DNA of 64,000 nucleotides from a bacterium (GCA_963662285.2 CAXXMV010000006.1:896001-960000); one strand, 5' to 3'; counted from the first letter of the stretch, positions 48,590 to 59,500 are shown. The notes: generated by a model from the sequence alone, not told the origin. Numbers and translations: made by a program.

Positions 48590-50637
48590 ATGTTAAGCAT
48601 CAAAATAATGGGGAAATTCATGCGCTATTTTACTCGTTTAGGTCTATTACTAATCCCGGCTATGGTATTAATATCAGGGTGTTCCAAGAATAAGGATCGT
48701 CCCAATATCCTGCTGTTTACTCTGGATACTTTGCGATCCGATGCAGTCGGCTGCTATGGGAACGCTCAAATCAAAACTCCCAATCTTGATAAATTGGCTC
48801 ATGAAGGCGTAATCTTCCAAGACGCCATGTGCCAGATTCCCGCAACTCTTACTTCTCATACCGCCATAATGACTGGTCGCAATCCCAAAACCACTGGCGT
48901 CCGATTCAGAACTGGACATGTACCCGCTTTTGAAGAGACCCTGGCGGAACGCTTTAAGTCTTGCGGGTATCAGACGGCGGCCTTTATCAGCAGTTCAGTG
49001 TTAGCGCCTGAATATGGTTTGAATCAGGGATTCGACCAATATGAAATGGGAAGGTTAGCAAAGCAAGAAGAGAAATCCAGTTTTGAACGTAAAGCGCAAG
49101 AGACCATTGATCAGGCTATTTCATATATTACTAAAAATAAGAATAATAAGCCTTTTTTTATCTGGGTACACTTATATGATCCCCACAGCGCCCTACTCAG
49201 CGCCAGCGCCTTATTCGACTATGTATGACCCTGAATATCAAGGCTTTATGCGCGGCGGCGTTAAAGAAATTACCCGTCTACATGCATCTAAAGGCAAAGG
49301 CGCGTCATCGCGGGACTTGCGTCATATACGTGCGCTCTATGATGGTGAAGTGGCTTACATGGATCACCAGATCGGGCGTTTGATCGCCGTCTTGCAAGAG
49401 ATGAATATACTCGATAAAACTGTTATAGCAGCTATGGCGGATCATGGAGAAAACCTTGGGGAAAGCGGTCGTTTCTTCCATGGCGACGACCTTTATCAGC
49501 CATCCACTCATATTCCCTTCATCATGCGCTATCCAGAACAAATAATCCAAGGCGCTAAAATAGATCAACTGGTCCAAAGCATCGACCTGTTTCCCACCCT
49601 GATGGAAATAACTGATATCCCTATGATTGCAGGCATCGAAGGAACCTCTCTGCTGCCGTTAATTGCCCCTGAAGCTCAAACTGCGCAGGATATGAAACCG
49701 GGATTTCTCGAAACTGAAACCGATCCATCAGTGAATGGCAATAAACTATACGGGTTTACGGACTGAAACGCATAAATACATTTATAATTCAGCCAAGCGC
49801 CGTTCTGATGTCCCGTTGGGCGTTTTTTGCGAAATTCCTCTAACAGGGCCTTCATTGGTTATGCTGCGCATCAAGGGCGACCCATCGGTTCGCTTGATGG
49901 CGCATATCCGCTATCGCACTAAAGCGCTCTATCAAAGCCGGGATTTTCAGGCGCTGGCTGAGTTGAATACCACAATGGTTCACGCCGAAACGCCGGGAGT
50001 GGAAGCGTTGCAAAAAGAGGCCTTGAAACAGAAGAACTTTCTGCCCACGCCTGATGGCTGGCGTTTGCAAATGACGCCTGATATTTACCGCATCGCCCGT
50101 AATTATGGCATAACCAATGGCTGGCCGGTGGACTGGATGGTTTTAGAGGGAGTCGGCGTTGACGCTTCGTTGCCGTTTAATCAGAAAAGCGGATCATTCA
50201 CTATCGATCAGATCGAACTCTATGCCCCCAAATTGAGTTTTCGTAAATCTCCACGATACCGCAACCCATTCTGGGTGTTGGAGGATTTCGAAGGTAGTTC
50301 ACAAGGACTGCAAGATGCAAGACAGGGCGCCCCTCATTCTCTGAAGACGCAATGGCCGCATGAAGACCTTTTCGTAGGTAGACGTCAGCAAAATATCACC
50401 ATTACTTTCAACGATTCACCCGATGAGATCGATGAGTTATATAACCTTAAATCCGATGCTGCGGAACAGCAAAATCTTGTTAGAACCAAGCCCGTTAGTG
50501 AACCGGATCAGCAAATTATCTTTAATTCACGGTCTCTGTTGGATGCATGGATCAAACGTGAATCCGGTGATATTGACATCATGGAACTTGACTCTTCACA
50601 ACTGGAAGCGCTGGAAGCATTGGGATATACCAAATAA
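48590..50637 (+). pseudogene. Sulfatase / alkaline-phosphatase-superfamily lipoprotein gene with two +1 frameshifts
   Basis: PNILLFTLDTLRSD, HLYDPH, YDGEVAYMD, ADHGE, HG, SIDLFPT, ELYNLKSD..EQ.NL and LEALGY are spread over three ORFs. Removing one base near 49187 and one near 49755 restores DPHAPY and KLYGLRTETHKYI. Confidence 0.8.
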
Positions 50638-50677
50638 CAATACTAATGATTGATTGCATGTTCTTTTCATTCTTTTG

Positions 50678-50719
50678 ATAACTACTTATTAATAACTACT
50701 TATTAATAACTGCTTAATA
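50678..50719. repeat. 14-bp tandem repeat x3 (ATAACTACTTATTA)
   Basis: Two exact copies plus ATAACTGCTTAATA. Confidence 0.75.
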
Positions 50720-50875
50720 ATTTTATGTTCAAAATCTCTTCCTGAAAACAAAATATTAAAAAAAATCACTAAGCTAAGCAGTTGATTTAACTTGCCTAAT
50801 GGTAATTATGTGTAAAATTATTTATACGTATATTTGACTTTTGATATTAAACTTACCAATATATAGATATATATA

Positions 50876-50899
50876 AGACTAGATGATATCATCTAGTCT
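50876..50899. promoter_or_regulatory. Perfect 24-bp palindrome just upstream of the RBS (candidate operator or 5'-UTR hairpin)
   Basis: AGACTAGATGAT|ATCATCTAGTCT, 7 bp before AAAGGAG of the 50921 gene. Confidence 0.6.
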
Positions 50900-50920
50900 A
50901 TTTCTGAAAGGAGTTTTCTT

Positions 50921-51967
50921 ATGAGAAAACTATTTGGTTTTTTGGTTTTGGCTGCTCTTGTTGCAGCTCCAGTAATCGGTTTTGCGCAAGGCACTAATTC
51001 AGGCGCAACCATAACAGTACCTTTTGTTGCTAATACGCCAGTTATCGATGGTCAGATTTCTGATGGCGAATGGGCTATGGTTGGCGTTGCCGAAGGTACA
51101 TGGTCTTCGCATGATAGTGATGCTGTTGCTACTATGGCTACTACAGTTAAAGTATGCTATAGCGTTGATGCTGTTTATTTTCTTTATGAATGTGAAGATG
51201 AACTGGTACAATCCATAGCTACTGGTACTGAGCGTTTACAGGGAATGACTGATGTTGACGGTCAAATGGATGGTACTTTTCCATGGCAAGGCGAGACTGA
51301 TTATGTAGCTCTTTACGTTGATCCATCCAACTATGCTGATGATGCTCCTGATGCTGAATTATACAGTTACGCCATCCAGTGGGAACCTTCAATCACTGCC
51401 AAGAATGAAAAAGATGCTGCTGGCAATAGTTATTTTTACACCGAATCCGGTAAATGGGGCGGTTTCAGAGCTCTCTTAAATCCTCCAGTTGTTGATGCTA
51501 ATGGCGCAACTCATTTTTGGGGTGGCGGCGGAGCATGGGACGGCCAAGGCATCGAAATCGTTGATGGCGCTACAGCTGATGGATTTATTTGTGAAGTTAA
51601 AGTTCCCTGGGCAAGTTTCAATGGTTATTGGAGACGCTCAATGGAAAGTGGCATAGATTTAGGCGATAATTTGTACGAAGCTTTCATCAATGGTGGTGAT
51701 ACTGATCCTTACCTGTCAGAGTGGGGCGGTATGAAAGTGCTTAATATTGCTGCAGACGATACAGTGACGCCTGTTGGATCAGGTATCGTATCAGGCATGC
51801 CAATGGAAGGAACTACCTGGAAAGTACAATTCTGCCGTTTCTCGAATGGCGCATTGGGTTATGTAAACTGGGTTGGCGACACTGGCGGATTCGTAAGCCG
51901 TCCATTCGGAAACCTGGTATTTGGACCTGCCTCCGGCAGCGCTGTTGAAAATGCAATGCTTCACTAG
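50921..51967 (+). CDS. Acidic secreted CBM9/DOMON-like protein with VENAMLH tail
   Basis: Signal peptide; PVIDGQISDGEW, VKVCYS.DAVYFLYECED, CEVKVPW, WKVQFCR. Confidence 0.65.
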   Translation: MRKLFGFLVLAALVAAPVIGFAQGTNSGATITVPFVANTPVIDGQISDGEWAMVGVAEGTWSSHDSDAVATMATTVKVCYSVDAVYFLYECEDELVQSIATGTERLQGMTDVDGQMDGTFPWQGETDYVALYVDPSNYADDAPDAELYSYAIQWEPSITAKNEKDAAGNSYFYTESGKWGGFRALLNPPVVDANGATHFWGGGGAWDGQGIEIVDGATADGFICEVKVPWASFNGYWRRSMESGIDLGDNLYEAFINGGDTDPYLSEWGGMKVLNIAADDTVTPVGSGIVSGMPMEGTTWKVQFCRFSNGALGYVNWVGDTGGFVSRPFGNLVFGPASGSAVENAMLH

Positions 51968-52002
51968 AATTAATTGCTTAGTACTTATGATTAAAAACAA
52001 GA

Positions 52003-52038
52003 GAACGGTATGCCTTAGGGCATACCGTTCATTTTTTT
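52003..52038. terminator. Intrinsic terminator between convergent genes
   Basis: GAACGGTATGCC-TTAG-GGCATACCGTTC-A-T7. Confidence 0.8.
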
Positions 52039-52058
52039 CAATATTAATCACAGATACT

Positions 52059-53414
52059 TTATTGATGATCAACGTTTTTCTTAAAACGGGGCAGTTTACG
52101 GGAATACAAAAAGAGTTGCATCATCATGAGGGATGATGCGAGCATCATGACGGCTAGGATATAGAAGGTGGCGTGGAATCCCAACCAGCGGTACAGGCCA
52201 TATCCTAACATGGGAGCGATTATTCCCCGGATTCCCCAATTTACGTGATGGATGCTGGTGTAAACCGGGGCGTCATCATCAGTCTTGCAGAAGAACAGGC
52301 AACCCAGCATAAAGTTCATCTTGCCGCCAGCGAATAGAAATCCGATCAATGCGGAAGCGATGTATACCAGTTTCATATCCCAGGCGAAAGCGTATAGCAA
52401 TGGATGAAGAATCCAGATGCCATGCAGCACCATGCGCTGCCACATTGGATTGGGCTGCCGGTCGATTGTACGCCCCCACCAACGCAGCGTCAGGACTCCG
52501 ACGATATTGTGAATAACTCCGGCGGTCAGCGCAATTTGAAGATAATTGGCTTGCAGCACATCGACGACGTATAGTACGTATATCGGCGTTCCCGCCAGAT
52601 TGGCCAATCCCCCGATGAAAAAAGCAATCTCATAACGGATGAAGAGATTGTCTGATTTCAGGGTTGATATTATTTCTTTATATGAAACTAAGGTTTTGCG
52701 CTTGGCGCCAAGTTCTGAAATCTTTTCGTTGATTCGGGAAAGACAATAGGCGCCCAGCAATCCGCAAATAGCGGCAAAGGGAAAGATGTAGCGATAATAG
52801 TATGGATTAATATCCAGCAGTTTGCCCGCCGCCAGCGAAGTGAACACCGTTGCGATAAGCGCATAGGAACGAACATGTCCGGTTATGGTTCCACGGTGGG
52901 AATCGGGGTAAACGTTCTTAAGCAAGGCGGCGTACATCGGTACGTGCATAAATATGAAAAATAGCCCGGTGGCGGCGATGCAGCAAAAAACCAAAGGACT
53001 GAATCCCCAGGCCAGCAGGATAAAAATCATTTTGCAGGGGATCGACATGCATAGGATATAGGAAATATTGCGGCGCGTCCTGATCAGGTGGGGCATAGCG
53101 AAACTGAATAATGGCCCGATATGAACAAAAACCATGATCAGCACTAATTGGAATTCAGATATGCCGATAGTTTTACGCGCCACAAATCCCAGCATGTCGT
53201 AACAAATGCCGATAAAGATTCCTTCCAGCATCATGTAACGGACGTCCCAAAAATAAGCGGATTGGGCGCGCCGGGGCAGCGAAGCAACAAAGGACATGCC
53301 GGTTTTTCCAGTTCTTAAAGCATAATAATATAATAATAAAATATAGAATACGAGCAGGTAGAGGAAAACCAAACCCTCATGCCATGAAGATATCTCTTTG
53401 CGCCATAACATCAA
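52059..53414 (-). CDS. MFS-type transporter
   Basis: About 12 hydrophobic segments; YPDSHRG and WWGRTIDR loop motifs. Confidence 0.75.
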   Translation of the reverse strand: MMLWRKEISSWHEGLVFLYLLVFYILLLYYYALRTGKTGMSFVASLPRRAQSAYFWDVRYMMLEGIFIGICYDMLGFVARKTIGISEFQLVLIMVFVHIGPLFSFAMPHLIRTRRNISYILCMSIPCKMIFILLAWGFSPLVFCCIAATGLFFIFMHVPMYAALLKNVYPDSHRGTITGHVRSYALIATVFTSLAAGKLLDINPYYYRYIFPFAAICGLLGAYCLSRINEKISELGAKRKTLVSYKEIISTLKSDNLFIRYEIAFFIGGLANLAGTPIYVLYVVDVLQANYLQIALTAGVIHNIVGVLTLRWWGRTIDRQPNPMWQRMVLHGIWILHPLLYAFAWDMKLVYIASALIGFLFAGGKMNFMLGCLFFCKTDDDAPVYTSIHHVNWGIRGIIAPMLGYGLYRWLGFHATFYILAVMMLASSLMMMQLFLYSRKLPRFKKNVDHQ

Positions 53415-53734
53415 ACGTCATGTAATATTTCTTCAATATTCTTCGTTTTCAGCTTCTTGTTCTATCAGTTTAGCGGATCAATATAATATGGTGATTATGA
53501 TAAACTATTGGATTCATAAAAGGGAAGCACCCTGGTATTAATTACTGATAATGATAAGGTTAACCCAACCTTACAATGAATCCGCATCTCAGTTAATATC
53601 GATGATTAGCACAATTTAATAATATAAGGAGGTGCTTTTGGAAAAATAATATATATTTATCCTGTATTGGTTTACTAATTGAAAACAAAAAATTTATAAT
53701 GTTGAAATATTTTAATGAAAAAGGAGAGTAAAAA

Positions 53735-55294
53735 ATGAAACGAGTTTTATTCGTGTTGTGCGGCATTGCGCTGATTGCAGCGCCTTCGTTCGCCACAACA
53801 AAAACAGTTGGAAAATCCGGCGCCGACTTCACGAGCATTCAGGCGGCTATCGATTCATTTACTGAAGCGGAAGTTACTGATGGAACTCCTGATGTTGTCG
53901 AAATCATTGACGGCGAAATGTATGATGAACAGGTTATTATCGGAAATTTGATACCTGATCCTGATGGTTTATCGGAAGGATATCTGGATGATGCCATTGA
54001 TCTGGCCCTGAGAAGCGATTCATTTACACTTAAGGGAGCCGATCCTGAAAATCGTCCCAGCATCAATCCAATAGAAGCTGAATTTGCCTCTTATGGCGTT
54101 TTCACCAATGATTCGGGCGATAATTTCGTCGCCACTTTGTCTTTTATGGGAAAAGATATCAATATCGAAAATATTGAAATTCTTCAGGCATCTGAAATCA
54201 ACGATGATCAGTATGGCATGAATGGCCAGGCTGGCAACATGGTCTTCAAGAATGTACTGTTCGCCCATTCCGGCGCCAAGGCGCCTGGCGAAGCCTTCGT
54301 CAACTTGAATAATGACATCTATATCGCTGATAAAGGTTTTGATAACTCTTATACATTCATTGACTGCACTTTTGATGCTGCAGTTGACGGCGCGAGAAAC
54401 GACAACGTCGATACATTCTACTTCCACGGTTACGGTCAGGGAGATGCTGATGAAGCAGGTATCAACATAGAAGATGTCAGCGTTAATGTAGTATTCGAAG
54501 GATGCTCCTTTTTAAATAGCGATACAATAACCGCTATTCGCGGTAATGCCCAAGCCAACCATGTTTCGTTTAGCAATTGCTTTATTTCCAACAACAAGCA
54601 AGGTTTGATAGGTTCAGGTAAGGGAACATTTACGGTTGATAGCAGCATCTTTTACAACAACCAGCAGAATGGCGGTGATGCGGATAATGACTATACCTGT
54701 TTAGGAACTACCGGACGTAGTGGATTTACTCCAGCATTGACAGTTACAAACTCACTGTTCGTCGATAACTTATCCGCAGATGCAGATAGTCTGGCAGGTC
54801 TCCTCGGTTTTGAATTCCGCGCGGCAGCCATCCGTATTAAAAATGATGGAACCGACCCGGATATCACTATAGAAAATTGCACGTTTGTGAACAATCCTAT
54901 TGCGATTCGTTTTACTGATGGCAGTGGACGTCCTCGAAGCGCTTCCGTAAACAATAACATTTTCCAGAATTGCAATTCTTCCATTCTAACGGCGGATGAC
55001 GCCGCCGACAGTTATTTCAATTCAGTAGCAGACGGCGATCCAGTTACTGCACTGGTTGTTAGCGGCGCTAATAACGTTTTTGACGGCAACAACGCCGTTG
55101 TAGAAGACGCAGCGTTATTGCCAAACGTTTCGCTCGAAGGAACTGAAGCATCAGTGACATTCAATAATCCTTCAATTGATCCCAGCGATCCATTCTCCGG
55201 ACCTCCATACACCGTCGCATCAGGCGCGCCAGCCGATGTAGGCGCTAACCTGGGTGGAACTACAGCTGTTAGTGAATTTATGATTTTTGAATAA
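53735..55294 (+). CDS. Acidic secreted parallel beta-helix (pectin-lyase-like) protein with VSEFMIFE tail
   Basis: Signal peptide; VGKSGADFTSIQAAID..Y.EQVII; repeated FIDCTF, FEGCSF, FSNCFI, IENCTFVNN, VNNNIFQN strands. Confidence 0.7.
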   Translation: MKRVLFVLCGIALIAAPSFATTKTVGKSGADFTSIQAAIDSFTEAEVTDGTPDVVEIIDGEMYDEQVIIGNLIPDPDGLSEGYLDDAIDLALRSDSFTLKGADPENRPSINPIEAEFASYGVFTNDSGDNFVATLSFMGKDINIENIEILQASEINDDQYGMNGQAGNMVFKNVLFAHSGAKAPGEAFVNLNNDIYIADKGFDNSYTFIDCTFDAAVDGARNDNVDTFYFHGYGQGDADEAGINIEDVSVNVVFEGCSFLNSDTITAIRGNAQANHVSFSNCFISNNKQGLIGSGKGTFTVDSSIFYNNQQNGGDADNDYTCLGTTGRSGFTPALTVTNSLFVDNLSADADSLAGLLGFEFRAAAIRIKNDGTDPDITIENCTFVNNPIAIRFTDGSGRPRSASVNNNIFQNCNSSILTADDAADSYFNSVADGDPVTALVVSGANNVFDGNNAVVEDAALLPNVSLEGTEASVTFNNPSIDPSDPFSGPPYTVASGAPADVGANLGGTTAVSEFMIFE

Positions 55295-55317
55295 GCCTGA
55301 TATTAGTAGTTATAATC

Positions 55318-55352
55318 AAGCCCGCCTTCGGTTTTGTTGGCGGGCTTTTTTT
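55318..55352 (+). terminator. Intrinsic terminator
   Basis: AAGCCCGCC..GGCGGGCTT followed by a T-tract. Confidence 0.8.
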
Positions 55353-55380
55353 ATGCTAAAAAATAAATTACAAAAAAAGA

Positions 55381-55413
55381 TTGACATGCTGTATATATCG
55401 TAGTACGATATAT
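55381..55413 (+). promoter_or_regulatory. Sigma70 promoter with overlapping palindromic operator (likely PadR autoregulation)
   Basis: TTGACA(55381)-17 bp-TACGAT(55404); ATATATCGTA-G-TACGATATAT, 55393-55413. Confidence 0.8.
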
Positions 55414-55443
55414 CGGGTAGCGTCATAAAGAGGTGAACCAGAG

Positions 55444-55824
55444 ATGAAAAAAAAACAAGAGAAGACCAATATTCCACTGAATCATACTGATTTTCATATC
55501 CTGGTCTCACTGGCTGATGAAGAGCGCCACGGATATGGAATAATGCAGGAAGTTCAAAACCGTACCGATGGGAGCATACGACTAGGACCGGGCACGCTCT
55601 ATGGCGCCATCAAGCGGTTGCTCGATTTAAAATATATTGAAGAATCCGATCAGCGCCCTGATGCGGAGAACGACGATGAACGCCGCCGATGTTACTACCG
55701 TCTAACCGGACTTGGTCGAGATGTTGCGATACTCGAAGCCGAACGCTTGTCTTCAGTAGTGAAGCAGGCTCAAGCGAAACGGTTGATCGGTCTAAGAGCA
55801 TTGAAACCGGAAAATGCATCATGA
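55444..55824 (+). CDS. PadR-family transcriptional regulator
   Basis: FHILVSL..ERHGYGIMQEV..LGPGTLYGAIKRL..ERRRCYYRLTGLG. Confidence 0.92.
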   Translation: MKKKQEKTNIPLNHTDFHILVSLADEERHGYGIMQEVQNRTDGSIRLGPGTLYGAIKRLLDLKYIEESDQRPDAENDDERRRCYYRLTGLGRDVAILEAERLSSVVKQAQAKRLIGLRALKPENAS

Positions 55825-56276
55825 AAACAACCAGTATCCATACAAAACTCTATCGGTGTTTGATGAAATTGTATCCATACCAGTTTCGTGATTCATTTGG
55901 CGATGAAATGGAAATGGTTTTTTGCGATATGATTCGTGACCGCAATCATGAGGGTAAGGGGAAATTGCTGCTATGGTTAGAGATCATCCCGGATGTTCTT
56001 CTATCCGTGATCGAGCAGCATTGGAATAAACCTAAGAGAAGGGAAGGGAAAATGAGTTTGACTTTTACCAGTATCTTATCAGCAGAAAAAATCGGACAAC
56101 TAATGTTGGAAATGGCCGCAGTTCTATTGGTAGCTGCTTTGATGACGAAACCCGATCCAGTATCGCAAATCATGGTGGCGGTTCCCGCGTTTATTTTATG
56201 TCAAATCGTTTTTTGGTGGATGTCCAAATCTCGTAAACCTATTTTTCGCAAAAAATCGAAAGGAGATTCAAAATGA
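55821..56276 (+). CDS. PadR-associated small membrane protein with TatC-like C-terminal hairpin
   Basis: ATGA overlap with padR; LYRCLMKLYPYQFRDSFGDEMEMVF prefix typical of PadR partners; AALMTKPDPVSQIMVAVP. Confidence 0.65.
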   Translation: MKTTSIHTKLYRCLMKLYPYQFRDSFGDEMEMVFCDMIRDRNHEGKGKLLLWLEIIPDVLLSVIEQHWNKPKRREGKMSLTFTSILSAEKIGQLMLEMAAVLLVAALMTKPDPVSQIMVAVPAFILCQIVFWWMSKSRKPIFRKKSKGDSK

Positions 56277-56500
56277 TACCCATCGGCCCCATTGAGATTC
56301 TTGTCATATTATGTATTGCGTTACCTGGAATTTTTGTATACCGCCGGACTCAAGCCAGAACAATTCCGGTAGGTTCTTCCTGTGAATCTGGTAGTTTAAC
56401 TGCACGGCGTCATCTGTATATTAAAATTGTTCAAATCATAGTCGTAGTCTTTATAGTATATTGTCTGGAGAAAAGTATTTTTCCTGAATTTATCTTATGA
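56273..56500 (+). CDS. Small membrane protein with TatA-like N-terminus
   Basis: RBS AAGGAG, ATGA overlap, MIPIGPIEILVILCIAL. Confidence 0.55.
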   Translation: MIPIGPIEILVILCIALPGIFVYRRTQARTIPVGSSCESGSLTARRHLYIKIVQIIVVVFIVYCLEKSIFPEFIL

Positions 56501-56512
56501 TTTTAAAACTCT

Positions 56513-56558
56513 TTCATGGGATGCGAAATGAGGAATAATCTATTTCGTATCCCGTGAA
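56513..56558. terminator. Long hairpin between convergent genes
   Basis: TTCATGGGATGCGAAAT..ATTTCGTATCCCGTGAA, 17-bp stem with G-U pairs. Confidence 0.5.
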
Positions 56559-56580
56559 TCGAACTGTATAAGAAAAATAA

Positions 56581-59500
56581 TCAGGAGATTTTTGTAGAAA
56601 TGATATGCTGAAGAATTTGGTTAAGTTCTTCCATGTGATATGGTTTAGTTACAACGCCGCAAAAACCATAATCTTGATAATTAGCCATTATGGGGTCGCT
56701 GGAATAACCACTGGAAACAAGAGCTTTAACATCAGGATCAATTTTCAAAAGTTGCCCAACTGCTTCCTCCCCTCCCATACCGCCAGGTATGGTTAAATCC
56801 ATGATTACAACATCAAACTTGTTATCTGTTTTTAATGCTTCCGTATAAGATTTAGTGGCTTCCACTCCATCATTTGCGCACTCAACTTCATAGCCAATGT
56901 TTTGAAGTATGTCCCTGGTAACATCCAGGATCAATTGCTCATCATCCATAATCAGAATATGTCCCTGTCCGGTAAATTCCTTGATTGCATTCACTTTTGT
57001 AGATTTTTCAATTTTGTTTGAGGAAGCAGGAAGATAAATTGTAAATACGGTTCCTTTTTCAGGGGAATGAGCGAAAATTGTTCCACCATGTTTACTGATT
57101 ATAGAAAAAGAAGTTGCTAATCCCAGGCCGCTGCCTTTTTCTTTGGTGGTAAAATATGGATCAAATATCTTTGACAAATGCTCTTTCGCAATTCCAATTC
57201 CTTGATCGTGGATTGAAAGCCTGACATAATCTCCGGCTAGTAAATTTAGCGTATGTTCATCTCTATCATCTTTAAGGGTTACGTTTTCACCTTTGATGAT
57301 GATTTCACCGCCTTTCGGCATCGCTTGGATCGCATTAATAATTAAATTTTGAATTACTTGACTTAATTGCCCTTTATCGACTTCTACAAGCAACAAATCA
57401 TCGACAAAATCATATTTACAACGCACTTTTGAACCACTAAGCGTAAACGAACAGGTTTTTCTGACAATTTCTTCGATGGAAGCAGTTTTTTTAACTGGAT
57501 CGCCTCCTTTGGAGAAGGTCAATAATTGCTGGGTTAAATCTTTGGCTCTCAGTGAAGCCAGTTCTGCTTGTGATAAACGCTTAAAGATTTCACTACTTGG
57601 ATCCAGTAGATATTTAGCAAGAGAGATATTTCCTATAATGGATGTTAAAAGATTATTGAAATCATGCGCAATCCCACCTGCGAGAATGCCAACGGATTCT
57701 AATTTTTTAACTTTTAATAATTCTTCTTCAATTTGTTTTCTTTCAGTAATATCACGGTCAATTCCCCGGTAACCAACAAATTTGCCATCGCTGTCATAGA
57801 AGGGTAATCCACATGATTCGAGGATAACTTTATGGTTATCTTTATGGAGACTAACATTAATCAAATGATTAAAAGGTTTTTCAGCTTTAACATATTCATT
57901 CAATCTTGAAGCGATTTTTGGCGCTTCATCAGTAGGCATGAGATCAAATATAGAATTCCCCAGTAATTCTTCCGGATCATAGCCTAAAACATTTTTAACC
58001 TGTGGACTAACATAGGTAAAAAGCGAATTTATATCTGTTTCCCAAATCCAATCAGATGTGGTTTCAACCAAAGAGCGAAAACGCTCTTCACTTTTCTTCA
58101 ATTCAGATTCCACATGAATTTTTTCTGTTATATCTTCAATTAAACCATCATAATAGATAATCTTACCGGATTGATCTTTGACTACATTGGCTGAAACTGA
58201 TCCCCAAATAGTTGTTCCATCTTTCTTTGTAAATTGAAATTGTTCATCAATAACTTGACCTTGTGATAATAGTTTGTCTGAAAACTTAGCCCGCATACTT
58301 GGATTAATATAAAGGTCAGATACGTTAATTTGCAAAAAATCCTCAACAGATTCATAACCAAACATTTTTGCGATGGCATGATTGGCGGTAATAAAACGAC
58401 CTTTTGGGCCAGGCGTGTTTCGATATAATCCAATGGGAATGTTAGAAATTAAGCTGCGGTAACGTTCTTCGCTTTCTTGCAATTCGCTTTCAAACCGTTT
58501 TCTTTCTGATATATCATTTTGTAAATCATCCAACGTATCGCTTAATATATTCGCCATATCATTGAAGGAAATGGCAAGTTCACCGATTTCATCGTTGCTC
58601 TTGATGCTGGCTCGATGTTTTAGATTGCCTGAGCGAATTTCTTTAGTGGCTCTGGTTAGAGTCTTGATGGGAGAAATCACATAAATCCAAATAAGCAAAA
58701 CAATCACTAAAAATAAAACTAAGCTAATAAAAACTGCACCCAAAATAAAATTCCTTTGAAATTCCGGCAGCATTTTAACAATTTCATTATGGGGAACAAC
58801 AATCGCAAAATACCAATCCTGAAAATCAAGATCATAAGCGAATAAATAGTTTAATTCATCATTTTCGTGGAATGATTCGATATGGATTTTCTTATTGGAC
58901 GGTTCTTTATTTACAATTCCAGAAATAACATGGGCGAGTTCCAGATTGCTTAATTCTGTAAAATGTAAGGCCGAACCCATTTTAGCCGTTTTTTGCAGTC
59001 GATTTAAATGATTAGGATGAATGACAATGTTTTTCTTTTTATCAAAAATAAATCCATAACCGGTGTTATAATATTTTTTACTCAGAATCTCTTTATAGAT
59101 ATCATCTAAAATAACATCATGGCCCACAATTCCCAGAAATGCGCCACCAATGTAAATAGGAGTAATTAAACTGGTCATCCAATGTTTCCAAATGGAATCA
59201 TAATAAGGAGCAGTCCATCGAGTTGATTGATCAGGATTGTTGATCGGTTCGGCAATATTGTAAAAAATATCTTGGGTAAAATCATGATCCGGTTCGATTT
59301 CCATAGCCCAGTCGTGTTTGTAAATCCGGATAAGTTGATGTCTGGTGATTAGGTACATATTAAATACGAAAGAGGAAATCCCCCTAGCGTATTCTTCAAA
59401 GCAAGATTCAGTTGATATGATTATCTGCTTAATCTCATCATTGAGTTCTGATTTTGACGACAAGAAAATAGCTGAAATATCATCATCTGGATATGCGTTT

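Noticed and set aside
49180-49760. Programmed frameshifting in the sulfatase-like gene
   Set aside because: No slippery heptamer or stimulatory structure at either break, and two independent shifts would be needed.
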